DNA from: an uncultured Aliarcobacter sp.
Lineage (GTDB): Bacteria > Campylobacterota > Campylobacteria > Campylobacterales > Arcobacteraceae
Length of the DNA: 64,000 nucleotides
Reading direction: 5' to 3'
Assembly (NCBI GenBank): GCA_963664305.2
Contig: CAXXLV010000002.1
Coordinates: 1,664,001-1,728,000, forward strand
The position numbers and the translations under genes are program-made. Below the pieces are notes generated by a model that searched no databases, was not told where the DNA came from, and worked only from the letters and a program-made list of their open reading frames with translations. How positions within the stretch are numbered: the stretch's first letter is position 1; the number at the start of each line of letters is the position of its first letter. Positions 53,662 through 63,481 of this stretch are shown piece after piece.

Positions 53662-54621
53662 ATGAAACTATTTATAAAAAAGTTATTATACATTATTGTT
53701 ATGTTATTTATTATTAGCCTTATTTCATTTATTGCAATAAATGCTGCACCAAACTCTTTTTTTGCAAGTGGAGAACTAAATCCTAATATTACACCAGAAT
53801 CAATTGCTGAATTAAAAGCTATTTATGGTTTAGATAAACCTTTACATATACAGTTTTTTTCTTGGGTTACTTCGATTTTACAACTTGATTTTGGAATCTC
53901 TTTTTCTAGTGGAGAAATGGTAAAAGACGAAATATTAAGTAGAATTCCTATTACATTAATTATTAACATAGTTTCTATGATATTGATTTTTATAATATCT
54001 TTATATTTTGGAATAAAATCAGCTTTAAATAAAAACTCATTTTTTGATAAATTTACAGGCCAATTATCACTTCTAAGTTTTGCAATGCCTTCATTTTATT
54101 TGGCACTTGTTTTAGTTTTAGTTTTTGCAATTAACTTTGAGATTTTACCAATTGCAGGACTTCATAGTGTTCCAAATGATGGAAGTTTAACTTACTATTT
54201 AGATTATGCTTGGCATTTAATTCTTCCTATTTTTATCATAGTTTTTGGTGGAATTGGAAGTTTGATTTTATATATTAGAGGTTTAACTATTGAGATACTT
54301 AAGTCTGATTATATCTTTTTTGCAAAATCTCGTGGTTTAACTCAAAAACAAATACTTAGATTTTATATCTTACCAAATCTGTATCCACCAGTAATTACTT
54401 TACTTGGTCTTTCTCTTCCTGGAATTATTGGAGGTTCAGTGATTCTTGAAACTATATTTTCAATAGATGGAATGGGATTACTTTTTTATCAAAGTGCATT
54501 AAGTCATGATTATCCTGTAATTATGGGGATTTTAATAATTGGAGCCTTTTTGACACTAATTGGTAATATGATTGCTGATTTAGTTTTACTAAAACTAAAC
54601 CCAAATTATGAAGAAAAATAA
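53662..54621 (+). CDS. Peptide/nickel ABC transporter permease (DppB/OppB family)
   Basis: YGLDKPL, DFGIS, SDYIFFAKSRGL EAA loop, ETIFSIDGMG, DYPVI; start ATG 53662. Confidence 0.92.
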   Translation: MKLFIKKLLYIIVMLFIISLISFIAINAAPNSFFASGELNPNITPESIAELKAIYGLDKPLHIQFFSWVTSILQLDFGISFSSGEMVKDEILSRIPITLIINIVSMILIFIISLYFGIKSALNKNSFFDKFTGQLSLLSFAMPSFYLALVLVLVFAINFEILPIAGLHSVPNDGSLTYYLDYAWHLILPIFIIVFGGIGSLILYIRGLTIEILKSDYIFFAKSRGLTQKQILRFYILPNLYPPVITLLGLSLPGIIGGSVILETIFSIDGMGLLFYQSALSHDYPVIMGILIIGAFLTLIGNMIADLVLLKLNPNYEEK

Positions 54622-54640
54622 ATTTATTAAAGGATAGATA

Positions 54641-55459
54641 TTGCAAGTTTTAAAAACAATTGAAGAATTGCAAGAAGTTAGAAAAAATTTAACTGGTAGT
54701 GTTGGTTTTGTTCCAACAATGGGAGCTTTACATAATGGACATATTTCACTTATTAAACAAGCAAGAAGTGAAAATGATATAGTAATTGTATCTATTTTTG
54801 TAAATCCAACACAATTTTTACCAGGTGAAGATTTAGATGCATATCCTCGACGTGATGAAGCTGATAAAAAGATTTGTCAAATGTGTAAAGTTGATTATGT
54901 TTTTATGCCTGAAATTTCAACTATGTACACAAAAGAAGAGGTTTTAGTAAAAGCTCCAAATAAAAGTTATATTTTAGAAGGAAAAACAAGACCTGGACAT
55001 TTTGATGGAGTGTTACAAGTTGTTTTAAAACTATTTAATTTAACACAACCAACAAATGCTTATTTTGGGAAAAAAGATGCTCAACAATTATCACTAATAC
55101 AACAAATGGTAAAAAATTTCTTTTTGCCAATAAATATTGTTCCATGTGATATTGTAAGAGAAGAAGATGGATTAGCACTTAGTTCTAGAAATGTTTATTT
55201 AGATGCAATTCAAAGAAAAGATGCCCTTTTAATTTCAAAATCACTTTATATGGCTGGTTCAATTATTTCAAAAGGTGAAAGAAGTGTTAAAGTAGTAAAA
55301 GATAAAATTTATGAAATAATGAATACTTTAGATGTTGAATATGTTGCAGTTGTAGATAGAGAATTTAATGAACTTGAAATAATTGAACCAAAAAATACAA
55401 TCATTTTAGTTGTTGCAAGATTTGGAAATACAAGATTACTTGATAATATTTGGCTTTAA
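54641..55459 (+). CDS. panC: Pantoate-beta-alanine ligase
   Basis: [44 protein letters not shown]. Confidence 0.98.
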   Translation: MQVLKTIEELQEVRKNLTGSVGFVPTMGALHNGHISLIKQARSENDIVIVSIFVNPTQFLPGEDLDAYPRRDEADKKICQMCKVDYVFMPEISTMYTKEEVLVKAPNKSYILEGKTRPGHFDGVLQVVLKLFNLTQPTNAYFGKKDAQQLSLIQQMVKNFFLPINIVPCDIVREEDGLALSSRNVYLDAIQRKDALLISKSLYMAGSIISKGERSVKVVKDKIYEIMNTLDVEYVAVVDREFNELEIIEPKNTIILVVARFGNTRLLDNIWL

Positions 55460-55511
55460 CAAAAGATTATGTTAAAATCACGAAAAAAATTAAGGTAAAT
55501 AAATAATATAT

Positions 55512-56846
55512 ATGAAATTTTCAACTCAAAAACCTAAAAAAACTCTACATATGGTAAGTCTTGGCTGTACAAAAAACTTAGTTGATAGTGAAGTAATGCT
55601 TGGACGGTTAAGTGAATATGAATTAACTGATGATGCACAAAATGCTGATGTTATTATTGTTAACACATGTGGATTTATTGATAGTGCAAAACAAGAAAGT
55701 ATTAATACAATTTTAAATCTACATGATGATAGAAAAGAAGAATCTGTTTTAGTTATGGCTGGATGTTTAAGTGAAAGATATAAAGAAGAATTACAAAAAG
55801 AACTTCCAGAAATCGATGTTTTCACAGGAGTTGGTGATTATGACAAAATTGATGCACTTGTAAATGAAAAAAGAAGTAATTTTACTTCAGAAGTATTTTT
55901 AGCAAGTGATAATAATGAAAGAGTAATCACAGGTTCTTCTTATCATGCTTATGTAAAACTAAGTGAAGGATGTAATCAAGCTTGTTCATTTTGTGCAATT
56001 CCTTCATTTAAAGGGAAACTTCACTCAAGAACTTTAGAATCTCTAGTTAAAGAAGTAAAATCATTAGTAGCAAAAGGTTATGTTGATTTCTCTTTTGTAT
56101 CTCAAGATTCATCATCATTTTTAAGAGATTTAGATGAAAAAAATGGTCTTGAACTTTTAATAGATGAAGTTGAAAAAATTGAAGGTATCAAAACAGCAAG
56201 AATTTTATACCTTTATCCATCAACAACAACTTTGAGTTTAATAGACAAAATTGCTGATTCAAAAGTTTTTGTAAACTATTTTGATATGCCTTTACAACAT
56301 ATAACTCCTTCAATGTTAAAAATCATGAAAAGAGGGAAAGGTGTTGAGCAATTAAATGAATTAATGAATCATATGAAATCAAAACCAAACTCTTTTGTAA
56401 GAACAACATTTATTGCTGGGCATCCAGGAGAAACTGAAGAAGATTTTGAAACACTTTGTAACTATGTAGAAAACTTTAAATTTGATAGAGCAAATGTATT
56501 CTCATACTCTGATGAAGAAGGTACAACAGCAGCAACAAGAAATGATAAAGTTGAACAAGAACTAATTGATGAAAGAGCTGAAGTTTTAGGAGAAATTATT
56601 TCTCAAACGACACAAGAATCACTTGAAAATGAAGTTGGAAAAACTTTTGAAGTTTATATTGATGGAGAAAGTGATGAACATGAGTATCTATTAAGTGCTA
56701 GAAAAACTATTTGGGCACCAAATATTGATGGTGAAATTTATATCAATGACAATGAATTAGATGAACAAATTAAATTTGGACAAATCTATACTGTAAAAGT
56801 AACTGAACTTGTTGGTGATAAACTTTTAGCAACTGTAATCAAATAA
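55512..56846 (+). CDS. rimO: Ribosomal protein S12 methylthiotransferase
   Basis: SLGCTKNLVDSE, NTCGFI, EGCNQACSFCAIP, APNIDG. Confidence 0.96.
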   Translation: MKFSTQKPKKTLHMVSLGCTKNLVDSEVMLGRLSEYELTDDAQNADVIIVNTCGFIDSAKQESINTILNLHDDRKEESVLVMAGCLSERYKEELQKELPEIDVFTGVGDYDKIDALVNEKRSNFTSEVFLASDNNERVITGSSYHAYVKLSEGCNQACSFCAIPSFKGKLHSRTLESLVKEVKSLVAKGYVDFSFVSQDSSSFLRDLDEKNGLELLIDEVEKIEGIKTARILYLYPSTTTLSLIDKIADSKVFVNYFDMPLQHITPSMLKIMKRGKGVEQLNELMNHMKSKPNSFVRTTFIAGHPGETEEDFETLCNYVENFKFDRANVFSYSDEEGTTAATRNDKVEQELIDERAEVLGEIISQTTQESLENEVGKTFEVYIDGESDEHEYLLSARKTIWAPNIDGEIYINDNELDEQIKFGQIYTVKVTELVGDKLLATVIK

Positions 56847-56848
56847 TT

Positions 56849-57829
56849 ATGAACCTAGATTTTAGTGCTGTAAAAGAGTCAAAAAACCTTCTTGCATTTT
56901 CTGCTGGTATTGACTCTACTGCACTATTCTTTTTACTTTTAAAACAAAATATTCCCTTTGATATTGCAATTGTTAATTATAATGTAAGAGTTCAATCAAA
57001 AGATGAAGTCTCTTATACAAAAGAATTAGCTTTAAAATACAATAAAAAAATCTTTATAAAAGAAGTAAAATTAGAAGCAACTTCAAACTTTGAAAAAACT
57101 GCAAGAGAAATAAGGTACTCTTTCTTTGAAGAGATTATCACTCAAAATTCCTATGATACTTTAATCACTGCTCATCAATTAAATGATAAATTAGAGTGGT
57201 TTTTGATGCAATTTACAAAAGGTGCAGGATTAATTGAATTAATTGGATTTAATGAATTTGAAGAAAAAGAAAACTACAAAATCTATAAACCTCTACTAAA
57301 AATTACAAAAAATGAATTGGAAAACTTTTTAAAACTAGAAAATATAAAATACTTTATAGATAAATCTAATTTTGATGAAAAATATAAAAGAAACTATTTT
57401 CGACATAATTTCTCAGATAAATTATTAAATGAATTTAAAAATGGAATAAAAAACTCTTTTGAATATTTAGAAAATGATTTAAACTCTTTAAATATCAATC
57501 TAAATCCTATAAAAAAAATAAATGAATTAGAAATTTTTGAAAATCAAAATGATGATAATTTAAATATAAGAATCATTGATTTATCACTGAAAAAGAGAGG
57601 TTTTTTATTAAGCTCAGCGCAAAGGCAAGAAATCTTAAAACAAAAAGAAATAACAATTTCACATAAAATTAATATTTCAATTTCAAATAATTTTATTTGG
57701 ATTGCACCTTTTGAAAATCTTATAATGGATAAAAAATTTAAAGAGTTTTGTAGAATAAATAAGATACCCAAAAATATTAGAGCTTATATTTACTCTAATA
57801 ATTTAGATTTAAATAAACTAGTTTTTTAA
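56849..57829 (+). CDS. tilS: tRNA(Ile)-lysidine synthetase
   Basis: AFSAGIDS PP-loop, AREIRY, TAHQLND, DKSN-YKRN. Confidence 0.93.
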   Translation: MNLDFSAVKESKNLLAFSAGIDSTALFFLLLKQNIPFDIAIVNYNVRVQSKDEVSYTKELALKYNKKIFIKEVKLEATSNFEKTAREIRYSFFEEIITQNSYDTLITAHQLNDKLEWFLMQFTKGAGLIELIGFNEFEEKENYKIYKPLLKITKNELENFLKLENIKYFIDKSNFDEKYKRNYFRHNFSDKLLNEFKNGIKNSFEYLENDLNSLNINLNPIKKINELEIFENQNDDNLNIRIIDLSLKKRGFLLSSAQRQEILKQKEITISHKINISISNNFIWIAPFENLIMDKKFKEFCRINKIPKNIRAYIYSNNLDLNKLVF

Positions 57830-58087
57830 GAATTTTTTCATTTTTTGTATTTTGATTAACTCTAGTCTAGTATCTTCTTTGTGTTTTTTCAGAAAATTGA
57901 TATTTTTGAAAAAAAGTTCTTCAAGTTTTTTCAAATCACTTAATTCTAAGTCAAAATCTTCTATTGAACTTTCAGTCAAATAATCTTTGTACCATCTTAC
58001 TAAAGCATCTGCTTTTTCAAATGATTCAAGTGAATCAATATAAATTAATTCACTTAATGCTTTTAAAGACCTGTCTCTTCTTTCCAT
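57818..58087 (-). CDS. Small helical protein downstream of fliS (FliT-like by position)
   Basis: 89-aa predicted helical protein overlapping the fliS end by 25 nt. Confidence 0.55.
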   Translation of the reverse strand: MERRDRSLKALSELIYIDSLESFEKADALVRWYKDYLTESSIEDFDLELSDLKKLEELFFKNINFLKKHKEDTRLELIKIQKMKKFLKN

Positions 58088-58419
58088 GCGTCAATCAATC
58101 CTTGAGTAACTTTCATAACTTGATTAACAGCATTGATATTATCATCAATTCCTGCAGCAAAAAGAGTTTCAATTTGATATAAGTATAAACCATCTAAATA
58201 GTATGCAACTTCCCCACCATCAAAATCTAATACATTTCTTAATTCATCAAAAATTGCGATAGTCTTATTAATATAAGTAAATTTTTGTTCTACTTCACCA
58301 TCTTCCATTGCACTTTTAACAAAAGACAAATATTTAATTATTCCCTCATATAGTTTTAGAACTAAAACATAAGGATCATCTGATATTGCATTTTGTTGAT
58401 TGTATACTTCTATTCCCAT
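58063..58419 (-). CDS. fliS: Flagellin export chaperone FliS
   Basis: LVLKLYEG, ELRNVLDF-GGEVA-LDGLY, LIDAW. Confidence 0.95.
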   Translation of the reverse strand: MGIEVYNQQNAISDDPYVLVLKLYEGIIKYLSFVKSAMEDGEVEQKFTYINKTIAIFDELRNVLDFDGGEVAYYLDGLYLYQIETLFAAGIDDNINAVNQVMKVTQGLIDAWKEETGL

Positions 58420-58460
58420 AAATTTAACTCCAAAATCGTTATTTTTAATAAGACAGTATA

Positions 58461-58494
58461 TAACATATTTACTAAAATTGAAGTAAATATGTTA
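58461..58494. repeat. 13-bp perfect inverted repeat between fliD and fliS
   Basis: TAACATATTTACT-N8-AGTAAATATGTTA, abutting a minus-strand TATACT -10 (58460-58455). Confidence 0.7.
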
Positions 58495-58517
58495 TTTTTT
58501 AATTCTTTTAAATAGAA

Positions 58518-59864
58518 TTAATTACCACTTGTAGATTGTTGAATTAACATTTTTAAACCAGAGAAAGCTGTATCCATTTGTGTAATTATTGAGCTATATG
58601 TACTAAATTGTAAAGCTAACTGCTCATATTTTGCATCTAATGCTGCTTGAGCTTTATCTTTATCTTTATTTAATGCTGTTTCTCTATCCGTCATAGAAGT
58701 TTCATATAACTTCAAAGTTCCATCTGTAAAATTTAAATTATCAATAGTTTCTTTTAATGTTGTTCCTAAACCTTTTTTTTCTGCAGAACCTAAAAATAAA
58801 TCTTTTAAACCTGCCATATCATTTTGCACTGCTTCATTAAATTTTTTACTATCTAATGATAATAATCCATATTCATCTAACCCTAAACCATAATTAAATC
58901 CAGATTTATCATTATTTGCTCCATATGTTCCAAATAATTTTGATTTTATTTGATTTAAAGTATCTTTTAAAGCTCCTTTATCAGCTATTTTTGAATCTGG
59001 ATTATATACTTCACCATCAATTGTTGCAAGTAAATCATTATAAGCTGTAATAAAACTATTCATCTGTGTTTCTAGTTGAGTTATATCTTCAACAACATTT
59101 ATCGAAGAAGTCCCTTCTTTATTTGCTGTAATTTTTAATCCATCTACTGTAATACTATTTGAAGCAACATCATAAGCAACACCATCTACTGTTGCATTTA
59201 AATTTTTTGCTTCTAAAATATGATTCGTTGCATTAACTGCTGTTCCATCTGTTGTATATCCTAAAGCTTGACTCGCCGCTCCACTTATAGTTAAAGCATT
59301 ATCAAGTCCAGTATCTTCACTTTTAATTACTAATCTATACGAATCTGTTCCAACTTGTTCAACTGCTGCATTCATTCCAGATTTTGCAGTTATATCTGTT
59401 GCTAATTGTTCATACGTTTTATTTGTAGTATCAAAATCTATACCATTAATTGTCAATATACCTTGATTGATAGCCGTATCTTTTGTTGCTGCATTAACGC
59501 TTTCTGATTGATAAACATCTTTTTGAGCTAATTGAGTAACAGTTATACTTGTAAAACCTTTATTTAAAACTTTTACATCCGCTGCATCAAAAGTAGCTGA
59601 ATCACCTGATGTTGTAGCTGATTTTTGATCAAAGGCACTAACTCCACCAGAGACAAATAAATCAAAAGGTTTTATTGCATCTAGTAATGCACTTATTTTT
59701 GATTGTGTTGTTGAGAATACTTCTCTTTCAGCTGCTAAATTTGTTATTTTTGTTTCATATGGCTCAACAGTAGCTTTTCTTTCAGCTGTTTTTAGTTTTT
59801 CAATTAAATCACTATTTAAAGAAGCTGCTTGACCTGAACCTAATCCTAATATACCTTCAGCCAT
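58518..59864 (-). CDS. fliD: Flagellar filament cap protein
   Basis: LGLGSG-LIEKLKTAE, VTQLAQ, YRLVIKSEDTG, FITAYN, C-terminal QFSTYSSII. Confidence 0.95.
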   Translation of the reverse strand: MAEGILGLGSGQAASLNSDLIEKLKTAERKATVEPYETKITNLAAEREVFSTTQSKISALLDAIKPFDLFVSGGVSAFDQKSATTSGDSATFDAADVKVLNKGFTSITVTQLAQKDVYQSESVNAATKDTAINQGILTINGIDFDTTNKTYEQLATDITAKSGMNAAVEQVGTDSYRLVIKSEDTGLDNALTISGAASQALGYTTDGTAVNATNHILEAKNLNATVDGVAYDVASNSITVDGLKITANKEGTSSINVVEDITQLETQMNSFITAYNDLLATIDGEVYNPDSKIADKGALKDTLNQIKSKLFGTYGANNDKSGFNYGLGLDEYGLLSLDSKKFNEAVQNDMAGLKDLFLGSAEKKGLGTTLKETIDNLNFTDGTLKLYETSMTDRETALNKDKDKAQAALDAKYEQLALQFSTYSSIITQMDTAFSGLKMLIQQSTSGN

Positions 59865-59882
59865 GATTTATCCTTTAATATT

Positions 59883-61772
59883 TTATCTTTTCATTCCCAA
59901 TAATGTTTGTATCATTTCATCTATTGCTGTAACTATTTTTGCATTTGCTGTATATGCAGCTTGAAACTTCATTAAATCAAGCATTTCATCATCTTTATCT
60001 ACTTTTACAATATTGTCATAAGAACTCTTAACAGATTGCGTAATATTGTCTTGAGTTTCTAATAAAAAATTAGAATTTTCTTTATCTGCTGAAACACCTA
60101 CTCTTAACTCTCTATAAAATTCAAGTAATGAAGTATCATTGCTTGAAGTAGTTCCTTGTCCTTTACCTTCAAATGATAAATCCGTTTTCCATTGAATTGT
60201 AGCTAAATAATCTAATTCAAGTTGTTTTAAATCATTTACTGCATTTTTATTAAACTTCAATGTCATAACACTAGATCCACTAAACAAACCTAATGAATTT
60301 ATAACACCTAAAGATTCATCAGTAGCCGCTTCACCATAAACATAAGTATCCGTTCCAGTTTTAATATACTTATCTGTAATATCCGCTAATGTTTGTGCAA
60401 ATGCATCTAATCTATCAAAATATGTTTGAAATTTATTATTTTCAGATGTTGAAGACAAGTTATCAACTTGAGCTTTTACTATTCCTGATTTTAAATTTAC
60501 TTCTCTATCATATATTCCTATAGCAACATCACTAATTGCTTCTTTACTTTCATCTTCATTTTTATATACAGCTTCTCTACTATCAACGATTGTAGGATCT
60601 ATATTATCTCTTTTTTCAATACTTACTCTTGCATCAAATGTATTTTCAATTCCAGGGAACTTTGACTCAACTCTTAAAAAATTATCTTTAGCATCATTTG
60701 TAACTTTATTTCCATTTGGGTCAATTGAATAATCTCCATTATATGCAACAATCAAACCATTAAAATCAGGATTACTATTGATTTTATGAACTAAAGCCCT
60801 CGTAAGATTTGTATCATCAACTACTTCAGTAGTTGATGTTCCATCTCCATTCCAATCCATCGTAATTGATTCGCCTATAGTAACAGAAACTTCAAATTCA
60901 TTATTTAATTTATAAGTTACAATATCATTTAAATCAAGATTTTTAGGAGTAAAATCTTCATTATATTTTAGTGAATCATAAGTTGTAAATGTTTTTGTTG
61001 CACTATCGTAGCTAATGTGATTAAATTTATCTATCTGAGGAGTATCATCATTCATTACATTAACTGTTCTTACTATTGTATTATTACTAATTGCAACAGC
61101 ATCACCAATTTTTAATTCATAAAACTCTTCATCTCTATTAACATTTATATCTACATACTTTGATAACTCTAATTCTAATTGGTCTCTTTTATCATATAAA
61201 TCATTTGTTGCAACTGCATATTTAACAATTTTATCATTGACATCACCAATTTCTTTTAAAAGTGAATTTATCTTATCAACATTAGCACTTAATTCAGTTT
61301 TTTCTGCTTCTTGCTGTTTTTTAATTGTTGAATACATATTTTGTAATGTTTCAACTAAAATTCCACCCGTATTTTTTAATTCACTTTTATAAATTTCTGA
61401 ATTTGGATTTGTTCTTAAATTTTCGACAGATTGAAAATATCTATTTAAATCAACTGAAAAACCACTATCATCAGTTTCTTTAAAAATTGACTCAACATTC
61501 CCTAACATACCAGATAGTTTGTCATAATAATTTGATTTACTATTTTCGCTAATAACTTTGTCATACATATATTGTGATGTTACTCTATAAATACCATCAA
61601 CACCTACACCACGACCTGCAAACAGTGAATCCATTTGCCCAAGTTCACTAACACCAACTACTCTTTTTTTATAGCCAGGAGTATTTTCATTAGCTATGTT
61701 GTTAGATACATTTTCCACTGCTGTCTTTGCAGCACTAAGTCCAGTATACGATACATTTAATGTACTCAACAT
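59883..61772 (-). CDS. flgK: Flagellar hook-associated protein 1
   Basis: TGLSAA-SNNIANENTPGY N-terminus and VDKDDEMLDLMKFQAAYTANAK C-terminus. Confidence 0.96.
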   Translation of the reverse strand: MLSTLNVSYTGLSAAKTAVENVSNNIANENTPGYKKRVVGVSELGQMDSLFAGRGVGVDGIYRVTSQYMYDKVISENSKSNYYDKLSGMLGNVESIFKETDDSGFSVDLNRYFQSVENLRTNPNSEIYKSELKNTGGILVETLQNMYSTIKKQQEAEKTELSANVDKINSLLKEIGDVNDKIVKYAVATNDLYDKRDQLELELSKYVDINVNRDEEFYELKIGDAVAISNNTIVRTVNVMNDDTPQIDKFNHISYDSATKTFTTYDSLKYNEDFTPKNLDLNDIVTYKLNNEFEVSVTIGESITMDWNGDGTSTTEVVDDTNLTRALVHKINSNPDFNGLIVAYNGDYSIDPNGNKVTNDAKDNFLRVESKFPGIENTFDARVSIEKRDNIDPTIVDSREAVYKNEDESKEAISDVAIGIYDREVNLKSGIVKAQVDNLSSTSENNKFQTYFDRLDAFAQTLADITDKYIKTGTDTYVYGEAATDESLGVINSLGLFSGSSVMTLKFNKNAVNDLKQLELDYLATIQWKTDLSFEGKGQGTTSSNDTSLLEFYRELRVGVSADKENSNFLLETQDNITQSVKSSYDNIVKVDKDDEMLDLMKFQAAYTANAKIVTAIDEMIQTLLGMKR

Positions 61773-61827
61773 AGCGACTCCTTTGTATAATTTATAAAAT
61801 TATTGCATTACATTTCTTAAAATTAGA

Positions 61828-62535
61828 TTAAAATGGCCAGATTGCCCTCATTAACCTTAAACCCCACGGTGTTTCCAATATTTCTGACTCTGTTCCATCT
61901 TTTTCATATAAAAGTTTTAAATTTGCAATTTGTGAAGAGTTTATTGAATTATCAGAAGTTATATCATATGGTCTTATTACTCCACTAATAATAATATTTT
62001 GCTTTTGACCTTCAATTAACATCTCTTTCTTACCTTTAATGTAGTAATTTCCATTTTGATAAGTTTCTTCAATTATTGCAGATATTGTTGTTTCAAAAGT
62101 TTCATCAACTTGAGTTTTAACAGAACCTTTATCAGAAGATGAACTATTAGTTCCAAAATCAACACCAAGATTTCTATTTAATTTATTTGCTATTCCACCT
62201 GCAGTTGCTCCTAAAGTATTTGTACCAGTTGCAGCTAATACTCCACCACCTAAACTATTATCTCTTGTACTTGATAATTCTCTTTTATTATTACTTTTTG
62301 ACGTTAAATCTTCACTAATTACAATTTGAATAATATCTCCAACTTGTAAATCTTTTTTATCAGCAAATAAAGATGTTCCTTGCATTGAATATAAAGAACC
62401 TTTGTTCTTTTTTGCTTCAGGAGCTTTTTTTGGAATTTGTATTTCTGGTTTTTCAAACTCTAATTCAGGGTCAGATGTACTACATCCAGAAAAAAGAGCA
62501 ACAATAATAATTATAAAAATACTATTTTTTTTCAT
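61828..62535 (-). CDS. flgH: Flagellar L-ring lipoprotein
   Basis: Lipobox LFSG-C, SLFADKK-VGDII, NGNYYIKG, SGVIRPYDI, C-terminal WPF. Confidence 0.96.
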   Translation of the reverse strand: MKKNSIFIIIIVALFSGCSTSDPELEFEKPEIQIPKKAPEAKKNKGSLYSMQGTSLFADKKDLQVGDIIQIVISEDLTSKSNNKRELSSTRDNSLGGGVLAATGTNTLGATAGGIANKLNRNLGVDFGTNSSSSDKGSVKTQVDETFETTISAIIEETYQNGNYYIKGKKEMLIEGQKQNIIISGVIRPYDITSDNSINSSQIANLKLLYEKDGTESEILETPWGLRLMRAIWPF

Positions 62536-62953
62536 TTAGCTTACTTTTTAAAATGAAATTTACATCAACAGCAATCACAATTTCATTTAATGTTCTTTTT
62601 ATCAAAGCCATAACCCCATACCTAACTACTAATGCATCCAAGTTAGTATCTGGTTCACAAACTATTACAATTTTATTTTCTATTAATTTAACATGTTTTA
62701 TATGTTCTTGCCCAACTAAATCAACAGCTTTTTCTACTTCTGAAAGAATAGCTCTTTCAACATCTTTTTTTGCTTTTTCTTTTTTCTCTTCTTCTATTTT
62801 TAAAGCTTGTTTTTCTGCTAACTCTTTTTTCTGTTTTTCTTCAAATGTTTTATTCATGTGGTAATAATAGCCACCAAACATTGCTATTAATACCACCAAT
62901 GATATTAATTTAATAACTTTAGATTTTCTATTTCTTTTTACAGCTACTATCAT
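62522..62953 (-). CDS. Hypothetical bitopic protein within the flagellar operon
   Basis: Basic N-terminus, one TM, coiled coil, small alpha/beta C-domain; overlaps both fliL and flgH. Confidence 0.75.
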   Translation of the reverse strand: MIVAVKRNRKSKVIKLISLVVLIAMFGGYYYHMNKTFEEKQKKELAEKQALKIEEEKKEKAKKDVERAILSEVEKAVDLVGQEHIKHVKLIENKIVIVCEPDTNLDALVVRYGVMALIKRTLNEIVIAVDVNFILKSKLNEKK

Positions 62954-63480
62954 TATTTAATTACAAATGTTGTAAATAGTATAGTTTGTACACTATTTCT
63001 TGCGATTTTACTATCAGATGAAGTAACATTATTAATAACGTTATTTATATCTTGAATCAACTCATCTTTTAATAAATTTTTACCACCAACAGTTAATAAT
63101 TCTTCTGAACTTCTTGCACTTATTTGAGAAATTACTACATCAATAATTTCAGCTTTATATTGTTCAACAACAGCTGCAATTGTTGGCTCTGTACTTTTAA
63201 TTGAAAAAGATAATTTCATTAATTTCTCTTTTCCCCTTGAATCAGTTAAATTAAGTACTAAATCATTAATATCAGCTTTATAAGAATCACCTTTATCAGA
63301 TGCTTCAGGTTTAACTTCTTCTTGTGTTGCTTGATTATTACCATTTAAAACACCTTGTGAATATAAGAAATATCCTCCACCCACAACAGCTAATAATAAA
63401 ACTACAACTAGAGCAATTAATACAATAATTAAACCTTTTCCTCCACCAGAACTTTTAACTTCTTGATTCTCTTCTGCCAT
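62953..63480 (-). CDS. fliL: Flagellar basal body-associated protein FliL
   Basis: N-terminal TM, LVLNL, IIDVVI-SSEELLTVGGKNLLKDEL, ILFTTFVIK; start ATG 63480 with AAGGA SD. Confidence 0.93.
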   Translation of the reverse strand: MAEENQEVKSSGGGKGLIIVLIALVVVLLLAVVGGGYFLYSQGVLNGNNQATQEEVKPEASDKGDSYKADINDLVLNLTDSRGKEKLMKLSFSIKSTEPTIAAVVEQYKAEIIDVVISQISARSSEELLTVGGKNLLKDELIQDINNVINNVTSSDSKIARNSVQTILFTTFVIK

Positions 63481-63481
63481 A

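Noticed and set aside
61815..61842. Possible sigma54 promoter for flgK (TGGC at the flgH end)
   Set aside because: The -12 GC is missing, and the TGG-CCA simply encodes the terminal Trp-Pro.
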